DNA from: Octopus vulgaris
Taxonomy: Eukaryota
DNA length: 64,000 nucleotides
Assembly: GCA_951406725.2 (NCBI GenBank)
Contig: OX597816.1
Location: 38,130,001 to 38,194,000 of the forward strand
Direction: 5' to 3'
Shown here: piece after piece, positions 46,314-57,628 of the stretch
How positions within the stretch are numbered: the first letter of the stretch is position 1
How the letters are laid out: each line of letters begins with the position of its first letter
Program-made: the position numbers and the translations under genes
The notes under the pieces: model-generated
Told to the model about the DNA's origin: nothing
Database searches by the model: none
Seen by the model: only the letters and a program-made list of their open reading frames with translations

Positions 46314-49040
46314 TGTTGTTGGCATCCTTTTTGTCTCGGGAGACAATGGAGTTGCGCATAAAATAATCTAGTCCGGCTTTTACATTTCATGTCCTAATAC
46401 ATCTCCTGCTGTGGCTGTGTAGTCCTATCCTTGACAAACACTCTCTCTGGCAGGTGCCGCAAATGTAGCGAAGACTTTGCCTGGCTGGTTGTAATGTCAT
46501 ACTTTCTTGTTGACGTCTTTTATTGTCTTTCCATTTCTCCTCTCTCTCTATGTCATTCTTTGTGTTCCCTATTTTACGGTACGTCGCCAATCTCCACGGT
46601 TGCTGGCAACTGCTGCCCAGTTGGTAATATTGCTGTTGCAGGCATTCATGTCCCTTTTGCAAACATCCTTGTATCGTAAGAACGGTCTTCCCACAGACCT
46701 AGTGCCCCTAGCAAGCTCTCCGTTGAGTATGTCCTTGGGGATTCTGCCATCTTCCATACGGCTAACATGTCGAAGCCATCTCATACGTCTTTGTGTGAGG
46801 AGTGTAAACATGCTTGGTATTCCCGCTTGCTTGAGGACATCTTTGTTGGGGACATGATTCTGCCATTTGATGAGAAGGATTTTCCGGAGGCAGCGCAGGT
46901 GAAAGATATTTAGGCGACGTATGGAGTCGTATGGCGTCCAAGTCTCACTTCCATACAGTAGAGTGCTAAGTACACATGCCTGGTAAATCTTCATTTTTGT
47001 GGTCTTAGTCAGCGTATGGTTGTCCTATGCCCGTTTGGAGAGTTGGGCCATCACAGCAGCTGCCTTGCCAATGCGTATATTGAGCTCAGTATCAAGGGAT
47101 AGGTTGTAGGTGACGGTAGAGCCAAGATAGGTAAACTTCTCCACCTCCTGTAGTCTGTGGTCTCCAATATGTTTGTTTGGGATGTTCGATGTAGCCTGAA
47201 TCATGATGTTAGTCTTCTTGAGGCTGATAAATAAGCCAAAGTTGCCACATGCTTGCTCAAAACAGTTGATGAGCCTTTGTAGGGCTTCTTCTGTGTGTGA
47301 TACCAGAGTGGCATCATCAGCAAATAGCATCTACTTGATCAGGACGCTTCTGATTTTGGTCTTGGCACGCAGACGCGAGAGATTGAACAGTTTCCCATCA
47401 CTTCTACTGTGCAGAAACACTCCATCATCTGATGTCACAAAGGCATGTGACAGCAGCAGCGAGAAGAAGATGCCAAATAATGTAGGAGCAAGGACACAAC
47501 CTTGCTTTACCCCATTTTTTATTTGGGAGGCGGCTGATGTTGAACCATTTTGCTATATGGTTCCTTACATATCATCATGGAAAGATGTGATGATCCTCAG
47601 CAGCTTTGGTGGACATCCGATTTTTTGGAGCAGGATGAAGAGGCCTTTTCTACTTACCAAGTCAAAGGCCTTTGTCAGATCAATGAAGGTCATATATAAT
47701 GGCATTTTCTGCTCTCTGGACTTCTCCTGAAGTTGGCGTATGGAGAATATCATGTCAATAGTTGATCTGCTTCTTCTAAAGCCACACTGCGATTCTGGAT
47801 AAATTCGAGAAGCAAGCAGTTGCAGCCTGAGCAGGATAATGCGAGCAGAGGCCTTTCCAACAGTGCTTAGAAGAGATATTCCACGGTAATTGTTATAATC
47901 ACCACGGTCACCTTTGTTTTAGTAAAGCGTAATGATGTTAGCATCCCGTATATCCTGAGGGACTGTACCCTCTTCCCAGCACTGACACAGAAGCTCATGA
48001 ATGTGCCGAAGCAGGATGGTGTTTTTGCCGGTTTTGATGATCTCTAAGGGGATGCCGTCTTTTCCCAGAACCTTGTTACTTGCTAGGGAGTCAATAGCCT
48101 TGGTGAGCTCTGCTATAGATGGCAGACTGTCAAGTTCACACATGACTGGCAAGATCTTGACACCCTCGATTGCAGCCTCAGCTACCGTGGTCTCTCGTGA
48201 GTAGAGATCCTGGTAGTACTCCACCCATCTATCCATTTGCTTGCTTTGGTCCTTGATGAGATCCCCAGTAGTTGATTTCAGAGGGGCTGACTTGGTTGCG
48301 AATGGACCGAGGGCCTTCTTCAAAACGGCATACATCCCACGGGTGTCGCCACTGTCAGCAGCTGACTGGATACTCTGACAGATGTCCTGCCAATACCAAT
48401 TTGCACAGCGTCTGGCAGTCAGTTGGGTTTTATTTCTTGCCTTTCTGAGTTCTTCGAGTGACTTTATAGAAGAATCACTCTTATAGAAGAATTACATCAG
48501 AGCTGCACGCTTTGTTTCGATAACTGTTTCCAGCTCTGAGAGCCCAGCACTGAACAAAATCTGGGTTTTGCCTTTCTCACATGCCGAAAGTATCTATTGA
48601 TGTGGTATACAAAGCTTCCCTGATATAATTCCACCTACTTTCAGCAGAGGTGGTTGGGCAGCTATTGAGGGCAACTTTGATAAAAACAGCAAAACATTGT
48701 CGCAGTGTAGGGTCGGAGGTTCTGGCAGTGTTAATGCGTGGTCAGCCCATTTTCTTGGAGTGATGGACTTTTTAGGTAGAATCCTTACCCTGCTTCATAT
48801 TAGTGAATGATCTGTGTCACAATCCGCGCTGTGGTAACTACGAGTCAGTTGAACAGTATTCAGAAAGGGTCTTCGTGTAATGATGAGATCCAGCTAATGC
48901 CAGTGGTGAGATCTTGGATGTCTCCAAGATGCCTTGTGGGATGTCTTGTTGGCAAAGAATGTGTTAGTGATGCACAGGTTATGGTAGGTGCAAAATTCAA
49001 GTAGTCTCTGGCCATTGTCATTCATGTTGCCAATACCAAA
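46314..49040 (-). mobile_element. 5'-truncated, decayed RTE-clade LINE (APE endonuclease remnant plus RT)
   Basis: FIDLTKAFDLVSR, GVKQGCVLAPTLF, MLFADD, FTYLGS, LLYGSETW, SRIGLHSHSRRC; 3' tail ctccattgtctcccgagacaaaaaggatgccaacaacaa. Confidence 0.93.
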
Positions 49041-49108
49041 ACACATACACTTACATATATACATACATATATATACGATCGATTTGTTTCAGTTCCTGTC
49101 TGCGAAAT

Positions 49109-49172
<64 letters not shown>

Positions 49173-49686
49173 ATACATATATATTTGGAATTTACAAAAG
49201 AAACGAACAAAAGACGAAGACGGGTGTGTAAACAACAAACAGGTTTATTAGTTTAACGCTCCGGACTTAGGAAAATTTATATAGGGAGTACTGCTAATTT
49301 TAAAATTAGATATAGGGGACACAAGAATTCATTTATTCACCCCTATATAAAAAATTTCAGACATTTTAGTATATTGTAAGCATAAATATTTAGCGTCTTA
49401 TAATTTTCTTAAACTTTAAAATATAATTTTTTAGAATATAAAAGCTTTTTGAAAATACGGTCCAGTTAGATGATTAAATCCAATGAACACTTATGCACAA
49501 ACCTGTAATCTTAAATTTTTTTTTCTTTATAGTTGTATATATCAGACAGAATGGAATATTCCCATTGGCTATTATTTGCATGATTAACTGAATTTACCTT
49601 TCAATGATTTTCATTTCTTAGTTAAACGTGGTAATCGTCTTGAAAAACTTGAGAAAATTTTCGATATTCAAAAACTGAACTTTCAC

Positions 49687-49699
49687 CAACTGAATACTC
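49687..49699 (+). repeat. Target-site duplication copy 1 (caactgaatactc); also at 51436-51448 and 56604-56616
   Basis: Exact 13-bp sequence at all three junctions. Confidence 0.92.
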
Positions 49700-51435
49700 G
49701 TCAGTGAAATTTGTTCTGTGTAAATTGATTTAATATCGCGCGAGGCGTTTGCCTCCACGTGTGGAAACCTTCCGAAAAAGGTGAATTGACCCTCTAGTCA
49801 TGGCGACTTACGCGGGGGTCACCGGGAAAAATAATGATTCGTCGATAATCATAAAGGATGTTTTCTTTGAGAAGGATAAACTCAAAGAATATGAAAAGCT
49901 CTTCAAAAGGGAGGGTGATAGCGTGAAGCTAATCCCCCCCCCCCCGCGAAAGCAAAAGAGGACAAAGAAAGCAAGACAGTGACATATAGAACCCAAGACA
50001 AAAATACGAAGAAACTGGCAAGAGTGGAGATAGCCGAAATTGAAAAATGTCTGGGAGACATAATGGGGAAAACAACCTACGTGAGTAGAGGCAAGAAATT
50101 TGGTACGGTGGAGGTGAGATGTGCAACGGAAGAAATTGCAGCCTCACTGGCTACCACTGTACTAAGAGCCGAAAAATTTACAATGTGGCCCTCATACAAG
50201 GGAAGAAGAGGGGTCCGGGTTAAAATCCCGAATATACCCCCAGAAGTGAAAACAGAATGGCTGGCAACAGCTATTCTAGGAGCAGCAGAAGAGGAAGTGG
50301 AGGTGGAATCCTTTAAGGAGTCCAACGCGGTAAACTGGAGAGGATATGGGGTAGAACTGTGTTTGATGGCCACAAAAGAGGACATCGAAAGGTTCCCCTA
50401 CAGAATTGAAATTGAAGATGAAAAAACCCTCAGTGTAATTGTAGAGGGAAGAAAACCAAACTGTTACTTGTGTGGGACAAGGGGGCACATTAAAAAAGAG
50501 TGCCCGTTATACGAATTCGTAGCGGAGTGCGAGCAGGAACTTGAAGAAAAGAAGAATACGGTAAATGAAAAAGAAAACATAGAAAAGGAAACAAAACAAC
50601 AAGAGAAAGGAAATAATAAGTCAATGAAGGAAAAAGAAATAAAAGAAAAGAAAGAAATAGAACCAAAAAAAAAAAAGGAAAAAGAAACAACAGGAAAAAA
50701 ACAAGAGAGAGATCAGAATGAAACGAAAAGAAAAGACGGCACACAAAAGGAAAAAGAAAAGGAACATAAAACACAAGAGAAAGAGAGAAGAGAGAAAGAA
50801 CCAAAAAGACAAGAGAAGGAAGGAGAAAGAAAAGAAGGCAAAAAGAGAGAAAGAGAGAAACAAAGAGAGGAGAACAAGGAAGAAATAAGCCCGAAAAGAA
50901 AAATGAAGGAAAACGTAGGACGGAAACAAGATTACTGCTTCTACAAGTTAGTAACCTTCCATTTCTGCCCTGAAATGAAAGACTTGACATGTAATACGGA
51001 GGGACATATATGGGTCAACAGGATGACCGATCAGTGGCAGGAGACTGCTCTAATCCCCGAAGAAAGAGTCGCTGAGTTCCTCAGAGCTGCCGGAGAGAGT
51101 GTAATATTTTACACGAGTGTTCGAGTGAGAGAGCGGCTGCCTGAGGGCTCAGTGATGGACTTTAGAGAATTGAAAGCTATTATGGAATATGTATAGAATT
51201 GTGAGAGGAAAAAAAAAAAAAAAGAGAAAAACGAAAATATTGTGAAATATATGTGACGAAAATGTAACCTCTGGATTCCGGGGATCGAGTGGACATTTAC
51301 ATCTCATTGTAAATATTCTTTCATATGTCATTTTTTACTTTTATTTTTTCCTTTTCTTGTCATTCGCTTTCTTATTTTAAGTTCCCCGATTGTATTGTCC
51401 CCTCTATGTTCGCCCCTTGTGGGTAGTAATAAAAT
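49700..51435 (+). mobile_element. ORF1-only non-autonomous Tx1/L1-type retrotransposon ('half-LINE')
   Basis: Bounded by 13-bp TSDs; single ORF1, no ORF2; last 48 nt identical to the neighbouring LINE's 3' end. Confidence 0.85.
49800..51196 (+). CDS. Tx1-type ORF1 (gag-like zinc knuckle, Lys/Glu-rich region); one frameshift in the C12 run at 49934-49945
   Basis: MATYAGVTGK start; CYLCGTRGHIKKEC (CX2CX4HX4C); homologous to ORF 51660-52967. Confidence 0.82.
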
Positions 51436-51659
51436 CAACTGAATACTCGTCATAGTGTATAGTGAGTTATTATATTTTTGCCTTGTGTATATTTTCTCCG
51501 TTGTGATCTACTGTGTGTCTAGCCGTCTTTCTGTATTGTTGTACAACTATTGAAGTCGGCCTTCGTGCGAGGGCTTCGTGTTGGTGTTCCCCCCTCCGTG
51601 GGGGAAAAACTATCATTATCTTGGTTGTGCCAAAGGCTTGTTAAAGCCAGTTATCGGAG

Positions 51660-52967
51660 ATGGAATCCCCCATCTCATATTCACCTGTGACTAGTGATGC
51701 AGGATCACCGGCGGTGTCGCCAAAGAAAAAAGAGGCGGGGTCGCCAAAGAAAAAAGATATTCCAGCACCAGCGAAAAAATTTTCGGAAGTAGCTGGTAAA
51801 AAAATTAAAAAAATTAATGTCGAAAACCTAAAGAAACATGCGGACTGTGTGTCAAAAGAGGGCACGGAAGTAACCGTGGCTTCAAACGCCCAAAAACAGG
51901 AAGAAATTACAAAAAGAATAATAATTTATAAGACCTTCAATACAACAAGCAGATCAATACAAAAAATAGAGGAGAAAAAAATCGAAAATTGCTTAAAGCC
52001 GATAATGGATAAGATCACATACATCAATCGAGGGAAGAAATACGGCCCAGTGGAGGTGAGATTCACAACAGAGGAGGTAGCTAAAAAGCTATCCATGGAA
52101 CCAATAAAAGCGGAGGATATTGTTCTCCTAACCCTGTATAAAGGCAAAAGAACTTCAAAGATCACTATGAATAATATTCCGCCAGAAGCGGATGCCGAAG
52201 TTCTGGTGGCAGCAGTTATGGTAGGCCTGGAGGAAAAAATAAACATCCTCCAGGCCACTGTAGAGGAGGAAGAATTCTGGAAAGGGCAGCGGATAATAAT
52301 AGCCATCCAGGCAGAAATACAAACCCTGGAGGAAATTCCAGAGACTCTAAAAATAAGCGAAGAAGATAGAGTCACAGTCTTCGTAGAGGGCAGAAAGCCG
52401 AGGTGCTTCGGCTGCGGTAAGAAAGGGCATGTAAGGGCAGAATGCCAACCCAAACCGCAGGAAGCAGCTCAGCCAAGTGGAAAAGCAGAAGAGGTGCCAT
52501 CAGAAACAGCGCTGGGCGGCCCAGGAGGGACGGCTGAAGGTGTGGAGGTGACAGAGGCAGCGGAACCAGCGGCGGAGGAAAAAAAGAGCGAGGAAACGAA
52601 AAAGGAGGAGGGGTGGTCAAAAATCACTAGAAAAAAAAGAAAAACTGAAACCACCCCTCCCAAAGTAAACCAAAAGAAGAAAAGAGAGTCGTTGAACTCA
52701 TTTATGGCCGTTAAGGCCACGAACAATAGACTCGGTAATGTGTTGGCAGCGATGGCCAAAGTAGAAAAAATAGGGAGGAAAAATGACTATGTATTGTACA
52801 GAATAGGCCGGAAGGATTACGGACGGATAAAGTCCGAATTTTTTCATGACGTAGGCCCGCTCAGAATGGATATAACATCTCCATATATATTCGAGGGCCT
52901 GCGTCAGACTCCCCCACGAGGCCCAGAAAAAGAGACAAACAAAAACCGAACCACTGATATAAGGTAA
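51660..52967 (+). CDS. Tx1-type ORF1 nucleic-acid-binding protein (435 aa)
   Basis: Intact ORF; zinc knuckle CFGCGKKGHVRAEC; stop lies 3 nt before the ORF2 ATG. Confidence 0.88.
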   Translation: MESPISYSPVTSDAGSPAVSPKKKEAGSPKKKDIPAPAKKFSEVAGKKIKKINVENLKKHADCVSKEGTEVTVASNAQKQEEITKRIIIYKTFNTTSRSIQKIEEKKIENCLKPIMDKITYINRGKKYGPVEVRFTTEEVAKKLSMEPIKAEDIVLLTLYKGKRTSKITMNNIPPEADAEVLVAAVMVGLEEKINILQATVEEEEFWKGQRIIIAIQAEIQTLEEIPETLKISEEDRVTVFVEGRKPRCFGCGKKGHVRAECQPKPQEAAQPSGKAEEVPSETALGGPGGTAEGVEVTEAAEPAAEEKKSEETKKEEGWSKITRKKRKTETTPPKVNQKKKRESLNSFMAVKATNNRLGNVLAAMAKVEKIGRKNDYVLYRIGRKDYGRIKSEFFHDVGPLRMDITSPYIFEGLRQTPPRGPEKETNKNRTTDIR

Positions 52968-52970
52968 GTA

Positions 52971-55900
52971 ATGGATTACATTTATGTTGGTTGTTTGAAT
53001 GTGCGCGGCCTGGGAGCAGGCTGGAAGCAAGGTCGCTTCCTGCATGATATCAGGTCGCGTAATTTAGATGTTATTGTTGCTACAGAAACCTGGTTAGAGG
53101 GGCCAAGAGGTCTACTCCCGCTGTTTGACGGCTACGAGAGTTTTTTCTCTCCTGGCAGTCCTACAGGCGGGAGAGGGGTGTTGGTCCTATTAAAAAGAAA
53201 CCGGGTTTCTGAGAAAAAGTTAATTTTTGCAGATCCAGAAGGTAGGCTGGTCGTCATGGATTTGACGTTCAGTAATGGTAAAGTTATCAGACTGGTTGCA
53301 ATTTACGCACCCAACAGTAAAAAAGGGCAAAGTGATTATTTTCGTGATCTAGAAAAATTTCTTGGTACTTCGCATTCATTAGTGGTGCTAGGAGACTTTA
53401 ACACAATTTGCAAAGCGGATGTAGATTGTGTTGGCTCGTGTCCAGATAGGAGAGGTAACAGTGGCTTCATGGAACTGCTAAGCCGCTTTGAGCTAGCAGA
53501 TCCGTATAGGCTGGAATTTCCGAACGCTCCATTGTGGACATGGTCAAACAGCGACGGATCTTCCAGGTCATATATAGATAGAATTCTAATTAGAAAAGTA
53601 GACAGTAAAATAGCTAAGTGTCCACAGTTTTACCCGATCAGCTACAGTGATCATAAAATGGTCACTTGACATAGATAAGGTTAGAAATAGAGGATCCGGT
53701 TACTGGAAACTTAATACGTCCCTTTTGGCGATTAAGGAGTACAAAGACCGGATTAGGAACATAATTCAGAGGGCACTATCCGGTACCATCATTAATAACA
53801 AATGGTGGTACGCCCTCAAACGAGCCATCAAGTTTGAGTCTATTAGATATAGCATAGGAGTAGTGGCTAGAGAGGCTAGAGGGGATAATACTCTAGTTAA
53901 GGAATTAGAGGAAGCCATGAAAACTGGCTCTGCGGCTCAGGTGGCGTCCAAGAGACTGGTGTTAAACCAGCACCTCGAGGCCAAACACATGGGCTGCATT
54001 GTCAGGGCTAGAATCCGCCATATGGGATGTGAAGGAATCAACGCCGTGAGATGGGCCCGAGTGGTGGAAGCTCAGCATGGTAACAGTGCCACGATTCGAT
54101 CTTTGACGAACCAACAAGGTGAGTTGATAAACGAACCCGAGGAGATGTGTGAGGCCTTTCAGGAGCACTTCGCTCAGCTTTTCGGTGAGTGCGGCGGACT
54201 GGATAGGAGGGGGCCTTTACGGACCTACTCGACGGGCTGCCGCGCTTATCGGGGCGAGATGCGGAGGGCTGTGAAGGGCCAATCACGCCTGAGGAGGTGT
54301 TTAAGGCAATGGCGGACTGCGGCGCAGGCAAGGCGCCGGGTTTGGATGGTCTACCCTATGAGTTATATAAGAGTATGCCAGACTTGTTCGGGCACCTACT
54401 GGCGGAGGTCTATGCGAACTGGCAGCAGAACGGGCTTATACCCAGATCTGTGCGCCGGGGAGTAGTGACTCTCGTCAGAAAGGACCCGAGCAAGGGGGAG
54501 TGCATTGATAATTTCAGGCCCATCACTCTGCTAAACACAGAGTTGAAGATTTTGGCCAAAGTGTTATCGAAAAGATTGGCGCGTGTCGCGGATGGTCTGA
54601 TCGGAGAGGCACAGACATGTGCCGTTCCGGGCAGATCCATTCAGGATAATCTCCATCTAATGCGGTACACTATAGAGGGGTTTAATAGTGATTCTGGCAA
54701 GGGTGGGGTACTGGTCCATTTAGACCAATCTAAAGCCTTTGATAGGGTCGACCATCGTTACCTGGTATCTGCCCTGGCACAGTTCGGGCTGAGCCTTGGC
54801 TTGCTCAGGTGGATTATCCAAATGTATGATAACATCGACTCGGTAGTTCGGGTGAACGGCTTCTTGTCGAAGCCGTTCAAAATCAAACGCTCGGTTCGTC
54901 AAGGGTGTCCGCTCTCCCCGCTTTTGTACGTGATGGCTCTAGAGCCATTACTGCGAAAACTGAGCGGCATCCCGAGACAGCCGGGTAATGGAAAATCAGT
55001 GTCAGCGTACGCGGATGACATCACCATCATCGTAACCGAAATGGACCACCTATGTAAAGTAGGCAAGGCCATAGAGGTTTACGAGACGGTGACAGGAGCA
55101 AAAGTTAATCGCGAAAAGTCAGTCGGCTTGCAACTCGGCACCTGGAGAGGCAAGTCGATGCCTCCTGACAGCGTCGTGGGACGTTGGACGGAGGGTCCGA
55201 TTAAATTGCTAGGGGTCTGGTTCGGTCCAGACCTCCAAATAGAGAAGAATTGGAGCGAGGTAACGAGCAAGGTGGCTGCAGTAGCCAAGACCTGGTCTTG
55301 GCGGTGGCTATCCTTGAAAGGGAGGGCGGAGGTGGCCAATGTGTTTATCGCATCGGTTATCACCTACCGCCTTTCCGTCGTTCCTTGCCCCGATTCGTGG
55401 TTGACCAAGTTGGAAAGACAGCTCTTCTACTTCTTGTGGAAGGGTAGGAAACCACTTGTGAAACGCTCTACTTGCTGTCAACAACCGTTAAAGGGTGGGC
55501 TAGGGATGCCTTGGCTGATGATGCGCAGACATGCGCTGAGGTTAAGACATCTGTGGCTCTACCTGGATGGTGAACGGGTGTGGTCTCCGTTAGCAAAACT
55601 GATGTTTCCCAAGTTCACTAGTTTCGGTGGATGGGAAACCTGGTTGAATCGTAGATCGAAACTCGGTACTTGGTACACGGAGTGTCGCAAGGCTCTCCTG
55701 CTATTCCGTCGCTCGGGCAACGCCTGCGGTGGGGGTTCCACCACATTCTTCTATAGAGGGTTGGTAGAGGCGGAATGTGAAGATACCTTGGGGGAAACCC
55801 TAGGTCTCGACGATAATCAGCTGGCCAGTCTGTTCCGACGTACGTTCAAGCCGAGGACACTGGACAACTTCCAGAAGTCTCTGGCATGGCAATGCTACAG

Positions 55901-56360
55901 AGGAGCTCTACCTGTTCGGGATAAACTCGCAAGGCACGGTGGCCAAGACAGTCCGATATGTCCAAGATGCGGGCGGGATAGGGAAACCGTCCCGCACGCT
56001 ATTGTTCATTGTCCGGACGTGTCTGAGGTGTGGGTTTATGCCGAACAGCTGTTGTCAGGTACACGAAGAGTACAGCTGTCGACTGAGTCGATTACAAAAA
56101 TTGACCCACCGGATTTCCTCGTGAATGAAGGTAAGTTTCGTTTTCTCGTTGTAGTAGCAATTGCGAAAGAGGTGATATGGAAGACGAGAGTGAAAGGTTT
56201 ACAGTCAGGCAAGTTCATCTCCGGCCCTGGTTTGATGAATTATTTCATCTTTCACCTGAAAAGGAAGATAGGGCTGGAGAGAATATGCCTGACTAGGAGA
56301 GTGTATGAAGAGCGATGGAAAGATGTGGCACGAAAGTTGCGAGTGAAAGATACAACATAA
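52971..56360 (+). CDS. ORF2 APE endonuclease / reverse transcriptase / CCHC finger; two frameshifts (~53665, ~54210)
   Basis: CLNVRGL, VLGDFN, SYIDRILI, SYSDH; KAPGLDGLP, FRPITLLN, LDQSKAFDRV, VRQGCPLSPLLY, AYADD; CPRCGRDRETVPHAIVHC. Confidence 0.93.
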
Positions 56361-56813
56361 ATGTAATACCAAGCGCAACCAAAAGTATCAGTGGGGAGGC
56401 GGGGCTCGTGGGGTCCGAGCTAAACCCGCACCCACTCCACCTGTAATGTCTTCCGGTCTGTTTCATCATTCGATTTTGTGTATATTATTGTAATTTCATG
56501 TTATTTTTAAATCCGATTTTTTGTAAAAACCATCCGTATGTCTGACCCCACATCAGATTGTATTGTCCCCTCTATGTTCGCCCCTTGTGGGTAGTAATAA
56601 AATCAACTGAATACTCACCATGTAGTGCCTTAATGCTTTTTGCTGGATTTTACCTCGAGAAAGGAACCCCGAGGAAGGGGGGCTGAATTTCGAATACTTC
56701 GTACAACCACTTTTCTGAAACGGCTGCAGGTTAGGAAAAAAATTTTAATCGCCTCTTTCAATTTAGGTTTTTATTTTTCATGTTTATATTCGTATTTCAT
56801 TGTTATGTTTATA

Positions 56814-57379
56814 TTGGGTTGTCCGGAAAGTTCGTTCCGATTTTTAAAGGAAAGTAAAGGTCACTAAATACTTGCCATTACATTTTTAATCAACCAAATC
56901 TGAACCATTTCGTTGAACAATACGTCTCCATCTTTCCTTTACCTTGAAAATATCCTCTTCCCAGAATAGGGGTGGTTTCAAGGCAAAGAATTCGTCAAGG
57001 TATCTTTTTACGTCATCTAAGGAATTGAAATTTTTACCATTAAGACTTTTCTGCAGAGACCTGAATAAGTGGAAATCCAAAGGAGCAATATCTGGGGAAT
57101 AGGGAGGGTGGGGGTAACACATCCCAGCCGAGCTGCAGCAATTTTTGTCTGGTTCCCAAAGCATCAAGTGCCGAAAATGAACTTTCTCATCTTTTATTTT
57201 AAAGGGTTACAGAATTAACACAAGTTATAGGAACATAAACCTTCTTCCACGAAAAGATAGCTTAAACTGTGCTCTAAATGGAGGTGTAGTCAAATCCTAT
57301 TTTATGGACTCAAACATGTTCTAAAATAAGTCGAAAGATAAGCTACTATAAATCGGCATGAACTTTCCGGACAACCCAA
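56814..57379 (-). mobile_element. Internally deleted mariner element
   Basis: TIRs ttgggttgtccggaaagttc / gaactttccggacaacccaa; TA flanks; HPPYSPDIAPLDFHLFRSLQ. Confidence 0.92.
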
Positions 57380-57628
57380 TATTTCTATATTTTTATCATG
57401 AAACTCTTAACATAAATACGTGTATATTCGTATGGAATAATACCTCATGTACTACATCTGAATTTTCTTGTCTGAATGTTTTAAGACAAATGTACGAAAT
57501 TTTTATCGTATACCACATTTTACTAATACTTAGCTCATATACGGAGACAAAAATGTTGTACTATATACTGCAGGTTATCTCCATTAAAATTCTCGTATTA
57601 TATACATTATATATATATATAATATATA

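Larger units (their letters stand above)
51449..56603 (+). mobile_element. Full-length Tx1/L1-clade non-LTR retrotransposon
   Basis: 5' UTR, ORF1, ORF2 (APE-RT-CCHC), 3' UTR ending aataaaat; 13-bp TSDs. Confidence 0.93.

Noticed and set aside
53647-54300. Programmed ribosomal frameshifting in ORF2
   Set aside because: No canonical slippery heptamer is evident; small indels or sequencing errors are simpler explanations
56611-56760. U1 or U5 snRNA as the Tx1 target (atactcacc resembles their 5' ends; octamer atttgcat at ~49574)
   Set aside because: The sequence after the first few nucleotides does not follow U1 or U5 as I know them, and no convincing Sm site is present; an Rfam search would settle it
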